Shown: one piece after another, positions 46,550 through 59,770 of the stretch
Layout: each line of letters begins with the position of its first letter
How positions within the stretch are numbered: position 1 is the first letter of the stretch
Source of the DNA: Histomonas meleagridis 2922-C6/04-290x
Taxonomy: Eukaryota; Protista; Parabasalia
Length of the DNA stretch: 64,000 bases
Direction: 5' to 3'
Assembly: GCA_020184695.1 (NCBI GenBank)
Contig: JAANOX010000248.1
Span: 124,001 to 188,000 of the forward strand
Notes under the pieces: model-generated
What the model was told of the DNA's origin: nothing
Seen by the model: the letters and a program-made list of their open reading frames with translations, nothing else
Database searches by the model: none
Position numbers and translations under genes: made by a program

Positions 46550-49500
46550 CTAAGAAGTCAAAGCATACATTAAAACTGTGAATAAGATATCAGCAATTTC
46601 TTTGTTAACTTTCTTATTTTCACAAAGTAATTTAATAATTCCATTTACTTTTGTATATTGAGCCCATATAAGTGCTGTTTTAAATAATTTGAATAATTTC
46701 CAAATATTATATTAAAACTTCAAATAATCAAAACAAATATAAAATAAAACAATTTAATATCTTTTACATTTACTTGAAATCCTTTTTGTTTCAAAAGTAA
46801 TTCTACTATTTTTATATGTCCATTTTTACATGCATACATAAGTGCAGTTCTAAATTATTTAAATAAAATCCAAATTTTAAATTGAAAGATAGAAAAATTA
46901 AATAAAATTTCATCACGAGCATTGATATTAAAATCTTCTTGATTAATGAGTTCTTCAATAGCATGAACATAACCTTCTTTAGCTGCAAAAAAGTATATTA
47001 ATTCATATAATAAAAATAATTTCCAAATATTATATTCAAATGAAAAAATTTTAAAATAAATATACTATAAATTAAATAAACTCCTTTAGCTTTTACATGA
47101 ATTCCATTTTGATTTAAAAGTAATTTGGTAATATAATAATGACCATGACATACTGAATAAATCAGTGCTGTTTTAAATAATATAAATAATTACCAAATAT
47201 TATTTTAAAATATCAAATTATTAAAATAAATTTCAAACAAAATAATCAGATGTCTTCAGCATTAATATCAATTCCTTCTTGTTCAAGAAGTATTTTTACA
47301 ATATTTATATTTCCTCTTTCAGATGCATACATAAGTGCTGTTACAAATAATTTGTAAAAATTCCAAATATTTTTTTATAACATGAAATAATATATGTAAA
47401 TATTAAATAAAACTCAGAAATACTTTTAGAATTAATATCAATTCCTTTGAATGATAAAAGATATTTTAATAAATCTTCATAGTTCCTTCGAGCTGCAATC
47501 ATAAGTAATGTTTTACATATTTTGAATGACTTCCAAATTTATTATTATAATTTTATGTTATATAAACAAAATTTATCAAAAGCAAAAAAATATTCTTATC
47601 ATTGATAATTCTTTCTTCTTTCTTAAGAAGTAAATCAACCATTTCAAATTCATGGTTTATCAAAGCTAAAAATAACGCTGTATCAAATAATATAAAAAAA
47701 CACCAAATATTATTTAGATATATTATAACATTAAGATAAATTTTATTATAAAGGAATAAATATTTCTAATATTGATATCAATTTTTTCATGTGAAATAAG
47801 CAATTTAGCTGTTTGAAAATGTTTATGTTCGATTGCTAAAAATAGTGCTGTATCAAATAATATAAAAAAACACCAAATATTATTTAGATATATTATAACA
47901 TTAAGATAAATTTTATTATAAAGGAATAAATATTTCTAATATTGATATCAATTTTTTCATGTGAAATAAGTAATTTAGCTATTTGAAAATGTTCATATTT
48001 GATTGCTGAAATAAGTGCTGTATCAAATAATTGGAATAAATACCATATAATATTAAAATAATATAACTATTATTGGAATTGATTTCAATTCCTTCTTGTT
48101 CAAGAAGTAATTTAACAATGTTTGTGTGACCATAAAAAGATGCAATCATAAGAGGTGTTGACAAATGGTCTAAAAAACACCGAAATTTATTTCGAAATAT
48201 TATGTTTTAAAAAACAAATTCCAAAATATTTAAATAAGTACTATCATTAATATCAATTCCTTTATGTTCAAGAAGTAATCTAACTATTTCTATATAACCT
48301 TCTTTAGATACCATATGAAGTGCTGTATTAAACAATTTAAATAATTTCCAAATATTATTTTGTAATCCAAAATTAGTAAAATATATTTTAAATAAATTAA
48401 TTAAGTATTTTTAGCATTGACTTCAATCATAGGATTTTTCAAGATCATTTCTACTACTTCTATATTATTTTTATTTGATGCATACATAAGTGCTGTTTCA
48501 AAAAAGTTGATGAATTCTCAAATATTATATTGAAATAGAAAATTGCTAAAACAAAAATTAAATAATAAATATAAACACATTTAACATTAACATCAATAGT
48601 TTCTTGTTTAAGTAATAATAGGGCTATTTCAGTATAACCTTTATAAATTGCAGAAATAAGAGCTGTTCTAATTGATTTGAATAAATTCTATATATTTTAA
48701 ATAAGCTTGAATTTATTTAAAGGAATTCTATAATATTTAAATAAATATCTTTTGAATTGACATTGATTTCTTTCCGATTAAGAAGGATTTCAACAATTTC
48801 TGTATAATTATATTTGGTTGCAATAATCAACGCTGTTTCAATTGATTTATATAAATGCCAAATTTAATTTTTAATAAACAAATATTTGAAATATACATTA
48901 ATTAAAGAAAATAAAAATTTTCTTCATTTATATTGATTTCTTTTCGATCAAGAAGTAATTCAATAATTGATGTATGACCACTTTGAGCTGCAATCATTAA
49001 AGCTGTTCGAAACAATTTAAATAATTCCCATATATTATTTATAAACACATAATTATTATAATAAATATGAATAAAAATAAATTTACATCTTTATCATTAA
49101 TATTAATTTGGTCATTAGCAAGAAGTAATTTAACTGTTTCGCTATAACCTTTATCAGATGCAATCATAAGAACTGTTTTAATATATATTAATAAATTCCA
49201 AATACTATTTTAAAACATATAATTATCACAAGAAACATAAAACTAAATAAATTTAAATCTTTATCATTAATATTAATATTAAGTTGATCTTGCTCAAGAA
49301 GTAATTTAACAGCTTCGGTATAACCTTTTTCAGTTATAATCATAAGAAAAGTTCTATATAAAGTAAATAAATTCCAAATATATTATTAAAATTTTGAAAA
49401 TTTTTAAAAGACTTGAAATTATTATAATATATATTTATGAAATTGTGTATAATATCTTTTTCGTTATGAATTAATTGGATAATTTCAGATTCACTTTTTT

Positions 49501-52500
49501 GCATTAAAATAGTTTCAATTTTAGTAAAAAATATCATGATAAAACTATGAATAATCTTAATAAAATTCAAAAAAAGTTAATGAATTCTTTTTTTATCATT
49601 GATATCCATTCTTTTTTGCTTGATAAATTCATTAATAACTTCATTTTTATGATTTGCTACTGCTAACATAAAAGCTGTCATAAGAAAAAGAATTAAATTC
49701 CAATTATTATGTTGAAATAATAAATTTATAATATAAAAATTAAATAAAATTGTGAACCATTTTTAGCATTGGTATCAATTTCTTTGAAATCAAGAAGTTT
49801 TTTAACAATATCCACTTTACCATTATTAATTGAAGCCATTAATGCAGTTTCAAATAATTTTAATAATTCCCAATAATGATTTTGAAACTAAAAATATTTT
49901 TTGAATATATTAAATATAATTTATTAACATCTTGAGCATTGATATCAATTCCTTCTTTTTTCATAAGTAAGCTTACAATTTCTGGATGGAAATTTGCTGA
50001 AGCTAACATTAATGCTGTTTTATATAATTTATATAAATTCCAAATGTTTATTAGTAATATTAAATTATTTGAATAAACATAAAAACAATAATATAAACAT
50101 CTTTAGCATTAATATTTGTTCCATTTTGTTCAAGAAGAAATTTCACTATTTCTGTATTACCAATTTCAGCAGCACATATAAGAGCTGTTTTAAATACCTT
50201 AAATGATTTCCAAGTATTATTTTGAGATCTCATTAAATATAAAAAATAAAGATCTTTACAATTTATATCAATATCTTTATTCTTTACAATAAGTTTCATA
50301 ATATCAATGTTATTCTGTTTTGCTGCAAAAATAAGAGCTATTTCATATATTTTCAATAAATTCTAAAAAAATTAAAATATCAAATTATTAAAACAAAAAC
50401 AAAACAAAACATATAAAGATTTTTCTCAATAGCATCAAATTTTCCATATTCAAAAAACAATAATACAGATTCATCACTACCTTTTAGAAGTGCTTTCATA
50501 AGTGGTGTTGAAAAAAACATAAATAATTTCCAATATTAATTTTGAAATATCCTTTTAGTTAAACAAATTTTATTTAAATTATATCAACAGTTCTGATATT
50601 GATATCAATTCCTTTTTGCTCAAGAAGTAATTTAGTTATTTCTATGTGATTATCTTCAGCTGCGATTACAAGAGCCGTATAAAATAATTTAAATGATTTC
50701 CAAATCTTATATTCGAATCCAAAATCATTAAAACAAATTTGAATACTTACAAAGACACATCTCGAATATTAACATTAATATCTTTATGTTTAAGTAGTAA
50801 CTTAACATTTTCTATATAATCACCTTGTGTTGCATTCATAAGTGCTGTTTTAAAAAATTTGAATAATTTCCAAATATCATTTAGAAATATCAAATAATCA
50901 AAATAAGCTTGAATTAAAATTAATAAATCTCTTGAGCATTAACATCAATTCCTTCATGACTGAGAAGCATTTCAACTATTTTTGAATCACCAGTGGATGC
51001 TTTTATAAGAGCTGTACAAAATAATTAATATAATTATCATATATTTTTTTAAAACATAAAATCAGTAATATTAACATAACCTGATGCATTAACGTCAATA
51101 CCTTTTTGTTCAATAAGTAATTTAACTATTTCTGTATTACCTTCAGAAGATGCCATTATAAGTGGAGTATAAAATGATTAAAATAATTTCCAAATATTAT
51201 TTTGAAATATCAAATTATTAAAATAAACAGAATAATGAATAAAAAAATGCCTTTAACATTAATATCAATGTTTTTATTTTCAAGAAGTTTTCTAATTATT
51301 TCAACATTACCATTAAAACATGCATAATTAAATGCTGGTAATAATAATAATAATAATTTCCATGTTCTATTTAGAAACATCAAGATATATATACAAATTT
51401 TAAATTATTGAATGAAATATCTTTTATACATAGATCAATTTCATTATTTTTTAAAAGTAATTTGATGATTTCAAAATAACCTTTTTTAGATGCACATATT
51501 AGAGCAGTTTTAAACATTTTAAACAATCCCCAAATATCTTTACAAAATATGATATTATCAAAACAAATTTTAAATAAAATATATGAGTATCTTTTTCATT
51601 AACTTTAATTTTATTATTTTCAAGAAGTAGTTGTACCATTTTTACATTATTTTTCTTACATGCAATTATAAGTGCAGTTTTAAATACTTAAATTTTTTTC
51701 CTAATATTATTATGAAATATTAGAAAATTATATCAAATTTTAAATAAAACAAATAAATATCTTTTATGTTAACATTAGTATTTTTATGATTGATAAGTAA
51801 TTTTACTATATCTAAATTTTCATGCAAAGCTGCAAAAATAAGTGCTGAATTAAATATTTCAAATAATTTTCAAATATCATTTAATAACATTATATCATTA
51901 AAATAAAATTTAAACATATAAAACATATATCTTTTGCATTAATATCAATTTCTTCTTTTTCAAGAAGTAATGTAACTATTTCCGTATAACCTTCTTCAGA
52001 TGCAAGCATAAGTGTTGTTTTAAATAATATAATTAATTTCCAAAAATTATTTTCAAATTTCAAATTATTAAAATAAATATCAAATAAAACAAATAAAGAC
52101 TTCTAACATTAACATCGATTGATATGGTATTTTTTTGAAGAATTTCTTTTACTACTTCCATATTGTCTGAAAACATCGCAAAAATTAATGTATTTTCTCC
52201 AATCGCACATCTTCTGATAAAATATTGGATAAGATATAAATCACCATTTTCTGCAGCGATATTTACCATATCATTATTAATTAACATATTTTCTTCTACT
52301 AAAACAAAAAAAATCTCATAATTTTCATATTTAATGCATTCCTCTCCAAGTTCATTCAACATTTCTGTTGTTAGAGGGGATTGGGAATTTTGCTTCATAT
52401 ATTTAAAAATATCATTTCGATGAAATTGAATTGCTGTTTTATAAGCATCTTCAAATGATGAATGATATTGTTCACATAAATGAATGATTTCTAAGTTTCC

Positions 52501-53229
52501 ACCTGCAACTGCATATTTACCTGTGTTATCTATATTTGATCCATTCACAAGTAAATATCTAAAACATTTAACTGATCCAAAAAATGCGGCATAATCAACT
52601 AATGAAACATTTTCGTGATTAACAAATGAACATCTTTCATAAAGTGATGGTTCAATTGTTTGATCAAAATCAAAATTTGTTTGCGATGTAATTTCTTGAA
52701 GTTCATCTATTTCATCATTTCGAATTATTTTTGCAATTTCAATTGGATTATGCCCTTCACAATATAATTCCAATATATGATCTAAATCATCATCTGACAT
52801 TTCACCCTCAGATTTAAGCAATTCTTTTAAGAAATCCTGTTGAGTTTTATTATTTTCCCCTGCTAAAAATGCCTCATCAATGATATTTTCTTTAATCATC
52901 ATCATAAAAAAAAACTTTGCTTCAATTTCATCACTTTTAGAAAGATATTTTATTAAGATTTTTAATATGTTTATATTCGTTTGAATGATTTTTTCCTGTT
53001 TATTAAATACTTTTAGGAATTGAAAATAAGTATATATATTTTTCATTTGAATGAAATAAGACCTATATATTAAGTGTGTAATATAATAACAGAAAGAATA
53101 TGGATGTTCATCATCAAAAATTCTCATGATTTTTGTAACTACATCATTAACGTTATCAAGGTCCAAGCTGAAAATAATTTCCTTAAGATAGAGTAATAAG
53201 TTTTCATAGTCTTGATCTTGTTGTACCAT
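46550..53229 (-). CDS. DUF3447-ankyrin locus F: intact 389-aa N-terminal ORF followed by 33 spacer-separated ankyrin modules
   Basis: Module starts run from 52018 down to 46678, and 22 of 32 inter-module distances are exactly 170 nt. The roughly 25 modules I translated are stop-free ankyrin repeats. The final module ends at a TAG at 46550-46552. Confidence 0.8.
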
Positions 53230-54252
53230 TTATGGAAATTGATCATTATCGTTCCAAAATAAACTATACAAATCATCGGGTTTGACGCTCTCGAATAGAA
53301 TGATCATTTCCCTTGAAATATAACGGGTCCTATTCTCTAAACGGTCGTTCGACACCAAATAGAATATAATCATCTCGTTGTTTTCATTATATTAATCCTT
53401 AAAAAATATATAGCAAAAATTAATAATAACAGTATATAATATTCTTATATCTTTATAAGACAAAAACTTTTATTTAAAGATTTGACATTTAGAAATAAAA
53501 TAAATATATCTTCATATAAAATTGGTTTACGCACATAATTTTAGGTGTTTTATATATTCCATTATATATCATTTTGCATATTAAAAATAATCAAATATTT
53601 ATAAGAGAATTATTGACTTTCTAGTTAAAATTGGAAAGTCGGAAAATTATTTTGGAATTATTTCGATAATGATAGTAGATATCAAAATTCTGTTTTCTAG
53701 AAAATTAGTTTTTTTATGGCATTTCTATAAATATGTTTATTTATTTGATATCTAAAAAAATGAGACCTGTAGCCAATCAGGAAATTTTTTTCTGATTTCT
53801 GAGACAGGGTTGACTTTTTCACTATAATTATACGTTGAAAGATCACTTCACCTAGTATTCAATTTATCATTTATAAACTCGACATAAAATGAAAATATCT
53901 TTATCAATATATAATATATATGCTATATATTTATATGTACATTATAATTATTTAATAATTTATCCATTATGAGTAATATAATTTATGCTTTATTAAACTA
54001 AATATAAATTGAAATCATTAATTAATTCTCATTTTTATACATTAATTCTTCTCAATAATAAGTAGTTTATTTGGATGGTGTTTACTATATAATCTCAACA
54101 TCATTATCACATATTTCCTCGATTTCATCTTCTGATATTCGTGGAAATCGGTACTTATTAATGATGTTACGTATCTCGCTACAATATTTCTTCCTACTTT
54201 TTGGATGATTTTATACCTAGATAAATGCATTGACCATCTGTTTGCACTAATT

Positions 54253-55528
54253 TTATCTTATAAGGAAATTCACACAAAGAAAATTAATTAATTCATTTTC
54301 CCAAGTATCAAATATCTCATAATCAACATTTTCACATTGTATTTCATAATAAGGTCCTTTTTTTGGGAATTTTCCCTCAGTTCTTGCTAATATTTTAATT
54401 GCGAATATTCTTACTTTGAAAATCAGCTCATTTTCAAGCATTATTTTACCACTTTCAATATTACTAGCATCAAATAATCTTTTTTTTATTTTGGGTTCAA
54501 TCCCTCCAATTTTTCTAAAAATTAATAATTTATTGATAGATCTTTCAATTGATACAATTGTTTGATCTTTACCACCATAGTATCTTAATTGTGAAAAATT
54601 ATGTTCAGATAGGATGGAATCTATCCTTGACAAACAAAACACGTTTTCAATTAATTGGAAAGAATGTATTACAGAACTTAAATAATTACAACAATCAATG
54701 CAAAAGTCCATTGTAAATATTGACAAATAATTTTCCTTCTTCTTTTCTTTATCTGTATTATCGCATTGTACCTTTAACCATCCATAATAAAAAAGCAAAA
54801 TAAAATAACCTAAATAGCATAATATTAATTTTTCTTTTCGATGAATATTTATTTCTTAATACATTGTTTATGCATGTTAGTGGTACTAATAATAAAATTA
54901 AAGGTCTATGATCAGATTGAAATGCATTACATAATGTTTTTCCACAGAAAATATAATATGGATAGAAATCATCCATTCCATCTAATGTATTAAGTCTAAA
55001 CCAACTTGATAGAAGATCATTATTAATTTCTTGTGATTTTCGAGTTGATATTTTATGTTTAGAGTTTTCAAACTGATCACATTTTGAAGCGTATAGAACT
55101 TTTTTGGAAACCAGCCTTGAGTGAGCACGTTTTAATAAGTGTGCAGAATCATTTGTCCACATTGGCTGATTTCTATCAATATCAGTTATAATTATATTTT
55201 TATTTGTAATATTTCTTGCTAAGCTTAAAAATGTTTTTTTTATTTTTTCTCTATAATTTTGGTCTGCATCAGATCCAATGTAACCTGTTTTTATCAAATA
55301 TGCATTGAGCATATTTATAATATTATCTATAATTTTTATAAGATTATCATCTGCTGTTCCTTTATTCGATTCATAAACAAAAACAGGAAAAGCATGAATA
55401 GTAGACAAAAAACAAACAATTACAATAAATAAATTTGAAATTAAGTCATTTTTTGTCAGATATTTATGATAAAAAGGAAAATATTTTATTTGGTTCTGAT
55501 AATAACTTGAAGGGTTTTTAATTCGCAT
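54253..55528 (-). other. Two overlapping unidentified ORFs (181 and 256 aa), possibly one frameshifted gene or element-borne ORF
   Basis: Long open frames in very AT-rich DNA that overlap at 54758-54798. No motif recognised. Confidence 0.3.
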
Positions 55529-56198
55529 TTTTTTTTATAGTTCCATAAACATTTCCATTATGATCGATAACCAAATCCTCATCAACTTTCATTGCATCTA
55601 CTGATAATGAACATAAAATTGTATCAAAATTATATAAATCCTTCCAAAAGTTCATTATAGAAGGTAAATTTTGAATATTTCTATAAAAATCAAATTTAGA
55701 AAAAATCTAATTTTCTCTAAGCCATTTATAAATTGTTGATATTATAAGGCCTTATAAAAGATTTTAATGATATTGATAACTTTTTTTTCCAAAAATAAAT
55801 TCTTTTATTCAGAAATTTTTAACACAATCATCATATTGTTTGGATCCTAATTCGAGGTTTGCTTTTGAAACAAAGTTTGTCAAATCTGATCAGATAAATA
55901 CAGAAGGTTCCATATAAATTGGTTCGGTTTTTATGATCTTCCAATCTAGCGTGAATTGCTTTGGGTCCCAGTTACTACATGTATTCATTTTTGAATAGTT
56001 TATTTGATCCAAAAACTGAAACCTAATCGAACCGATCATTATCAATACACGAAAATATAAATATAAATATCTATATTTATAGTTTGTTATTGGATAAAAA
56101 AAGATATATGTAATAAAATACATCATATGTTATTTAATTATAAATAAAATATTTAAAATCTATAAGAAAATTAGAATAGGACCTGTTCTCTTGGAATA

Positions 56199-58010
56199 CC
56201 CTGGTGTCGCTCCAATTCGCCGTATTCAAATTTTAAATGCTAGTCAAAATAATTAATAAACGGCATTGAACCGACATCTGAAAAATTTAAGTTAGACCTG
56301 TATTCAGTGGGAAACCACACAATGATTACACGCGTCGAGACGTCAGAAAGAAAATACAAATAGTTATTGACAAAATTCTAAGTGGTTCAGAATCAATTTA
56401 CAAATTATCTCAAAAAACAGAAATTCCAGAATCAACGTTAAAATATTGGAGAAAGAAAATGGAGTTAAACAACAAATAAAGACCATGAGACGACAACCAT
56501 GGCATCAGTCATCGGATATTCACCAATGAATAAGAAACTGCAATTAAAAATTATATCGTTGCTAATTTCATATCTCAAGGTTTATATTTTAATGACGAAA
56601 ATTTTATTGACATTGCATACCAAGCTTATCTCGAAAAATATACTATTGAAGAAATGATCAAAGAAGATTTTTTAATTAGCATAGGATTTATCAATAATGA
56701 CTTCAAGAAACGAAATAGAATTTCATCGAGGAAACCTCACGCGAAAAAAAGACCAACAATATCTGATGAAGAAAAAAATGAATTCAATCAAAAAATTCAG
56801 AAGCTTTTATCAACAGTTGATAGATCTAAAGTTATTAATTCCGATGAAACATGTTGGAAAAGTTTTCCAGGAGGAATTTTGATTTGGTCTGAAACAGGAT
56901 CAGACAATGTTAAAGCTAATGTCAATGCTAACTCCGAACAAAGTATTAGTGTAATGGCAAGTATAAAGGCTGATGGAACAAAGCTTACTCTTTTCATTAT
57001 TGCTATAGGTACCACTGAGCGAAGTGAAAAAAATTTACAAGATATCTCATATCACAATTCCACATCTAGATCAAGCAATGGTTGGACAACAGAATCAACA
57101 TCTGAGCAATATTCAGAGTTTCTTCGAAACAATTTTAATGACGACGAAAAGATATATTTGATTGTTGATCAATTTAAGGCTCATCAAACTCGAAAGATCC
57201 ATGAGTGTGCTGACAATTTGAATATTGAATTATTATTCATCCCTGCAGGCTTAACAGATGAGTTACAGTCATTAAATCGATTGGTGTTTGGGAGCTCAGA
57301 GGCAACAGCAGATAGACTTTTCAAAAAATCATATCAAAATGAGTTCAATACTAAATTCAACAAAGAAACAGCAGTTCAATATTTACTAGCCGCTTGGGAA
57401 CATATAAGTGAGAACACAATTACTGAATCATGGGAAATTTATGAATATATAATTATTTCATTAATTTTTTTAATTACATAAAACGTCAGATGTTTAGACC
57501 TGAATAGAGCTAAATATATGACTCAATAACAATAAACATATTTAAAAATTTTTGTTTATATATTTAATTTTTTATATTAAAAATTGTAATGTATTGCTAA
57601 CGCTTAAATCAGTAATCCTAATAACCTATTAACTTAATGCTTTTGAGTTTATTATTCGGTAAAGAAATTTCGAAATAATCAAAATATTTATTTATACGAA
57701 TAATTAAATTAGTTTGTTTCGACATCTTTTTGTACCTTACTTGTAATGAGTATTCTAAATGATGCTACTTTCTTAGTTTAATTCGATTATATGTAGAGAA
57801 ATTTTAAATTGATTATTAAAATTATAAGATAAAGAAATAAGATTCATGTAGAGAGAACTAGAGTTGGAAGTATTTCATTTGCATTGACCAAAGCTCTTGT
57901 ATATCATGAGCATCATGGAAATGGAATCCCTTGTGTCTGACTGAAAACGGTTTTATTCTCAAATTCCAGTGGCAAAAATTTGAATACGGCGAATTGGAGC
58001 GACACCAGGG
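56199..58010 (+). mobile_element. Tc1/mariner-pogo-like DNA transposon, 1812 bp, with perfect 36-bp TIRs and TA target duplication
   Basis: CCCTGGTGTCGCTCCAATTCGCCGTATTCAAATTTT at 56199-56234 and its exact reverse complement at 57975-58010, flanked by TA at 56197-56198 and 58011-58012. Confidence 0.92.
56322..57481 (+). pseudogene. Decayed DDE (pogo/DDE_1-type) transposase
   Basis: HTH-like N-terminus (SIYKLSQKTEIPESTLKYWR) broken by a frameshift and stops. The DDE core is NSDETCW...NGWT...LIVDQFKAH...IPAGLTDELQSLN, with the third catalytic D replaced by N. Confidence 0.85.
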
Positions 58011-58498
58011 TATTCATTATAAATAACTTTCTTAATCATATCAATAGCTGAATTAGTGAAATATATTTTTTGTCATCAAAAATTAGATATCTAAAACGCT
58101 TCTGCCCCAAATTTCAAGAATAAGTAAAGCTTACGCTCTATAAATTTTCGAATATGATAAATTTTGCAAAATCATTCCCAAATGTCTTTATATCAACATA
58201 TGCATATTTCACCCATTTTTAATCTGTAAATTTTTTATCTTCATCATTTTTAATTGTATAAGATCATTCAAGATGGTAATATCATATAAGATTACTTTTT
58301 AAAAAAAAATTATACTTAATTTAATTCAATTTTTAAATAGTTACAAAATCATTCTTCACTTCACTCTGCAAGGGCACCCCCTGGGGCAGGTTGAATCCGG
58401 ATAAAACTTTTGAATATGAGCGATTCAAAAGTTACAAATTTTTTCAAAACGTTATTCTCCTTTTGTTACCTGCTTGATCAATCACTGCGCCAACAAAT

Positions 58499-59473
58499 AT
58501 GTTTGGTTTAATTTTTTTGGAACTTGTATCTTCTGAAACCAACACGACTATATTTGATACTGAAGAGAAAGACGTCGCTTTTGTTTATTCATTAACAGTT
58601 GCAGTATTTTTAATTCCTTTCATAATTACTTACATATATGTTTGTGTTAAAAAACTTAGGGTACTTAAAACCCAATCCAAATGTTATTTTATTTTCCAAA
58701 CCTTTGTTTCTATTATTGGACCAGTTTCACTTGCTGTTGTGATTAGTTCAATATATTGCCTCGTAAAACATTTCCATACAACTAAAGGCACATACGAATT
58801 ATTGATATATATGTTTGGAGTAGCTTATGTTTTATGTTTAATATTTAATCTTGTTACAACACTTTCAGTCGATCTTTCCGGGTGGCTTCCATACTATCAT
58901 TTTATCGGTGCTAAGTTTTATTCACTGTCCGAACTCACGGAAAAAATTGCTGAAGTTCGAACATCTCCACCAATATTTCAAATCAATCAAAGAATTTACA
59001 ATGGACCAACAAGCCTTTATAAGTACATCGAATATAAGTCCTGGGAAGAAACAGAAAAGACTGTTGTCATCCCAAGGAATTCTCCATTATGTGTAAGTTT
59101 TGAGATTTTACCAATTTGGAGCGAAGACATGAAAAATGAATATTACTCAATAAAAGCCAAAAATTCCGGAATATCAAGTCAAAGATATGTTAACGTTGAC
59201 GCACAACCTTTAATTGTCGGAAATCAAATTCCATCAATTGTAAGAATTATGACAAAACCTTTCATGAAAGTCATCTTTTGGATCTTCACGATCCTCCCGT
59301 TCACAAACTTACTTGATATCATATTTTTCTCAACTTGTAGAGAAATTAAAGTAAAATGTTCAAAAAAGGCAGACTTCGAAAATATATACAGAGCAAAAGC
59401 TGGCGAAAAAGATATAGAGGCAGAAACAAGTGTATTCAAAGAAAGTAAAAATAATAAAAACGATTTGCTTTAA
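58499..59473 (+). CDS. Multi-pass membrane protein, paralog of the TMEM151-like gene at 33816-34943
   Basis: Three TM segments. The motifs EYKSWEE and YRAKAGEKDIEAET parallel KYTSWEE and LRCHYKELDQTAAET in the other copy. Confidence 0.55.
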   Translation: MFGLIFLELVSSETNTTIFDTEEKDVAFVYSLTVAVFLIPFIITYIYVCVKKLRVLKTQSKCYFIFQTFVSIIGPVSLAVVISSIYCLVKHFHTTKGTYELLIYMFGVAYVLCLIFNLVTTLSVDLSGWLPYYHFIGAKFYSLSELTEKIAEVRTSPPIFQINQRIYNGPTSLYKYIEYKSWEETEKTVVIPRNSPLCVSFEILPIWSEDMKNEYYSIKAKNSGISSQRYVNVDAQPLIVGNQIPSIVRIMTKPFMKVIFWIFTILPFTNLLDIIFFSTCREIKVKCSKKADFENIYRAKAGEKDIEAETSVFKESKNNKNDLL

Positions 59474-59770
59474 ATTTTCAAACTTTTTGTTTGGGTGCCC
59501 CGTTATGTAAATCATTGATTTATGTGTTAAATGGCCGGCCAGATATCATTCGTGATGAATATGATTAAAACTAATAATATCTATGTTATTTCTTTGTTTT
59601 TTTAAAAAATATTTCTTTATAACTGTTCTTATTTAGTATGATTTTGTATGTATTGTCTGATAATTTGTGAAATATTATTAAATTTATTGACTTTTTTCTT
59701 CTCTGCTTTTATTGGCATTGAAATTTAGTATTCTATGATTTACATACTAACGGTTATAATCTTTATAATT

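Noticed and set aside
46678-52018. The 170-nt periodic repeat-spacer pattern looks like a CRISPR array
   Set aside because: The repeats are ~90-nt ankyrin-coding modules, the spacers are homologous to each other, the context is eukaryotic and there are no cas genes.
58371-58431. GC-rich patch GGGCACCCCCTGGGGC and hairpin TTTTGAAT-ATGAGCG-ATTCAAAA upstream of the membrane protein gene
   Set aside because: Single occurrence with no partner end or family evidence in the window, so too little to call.
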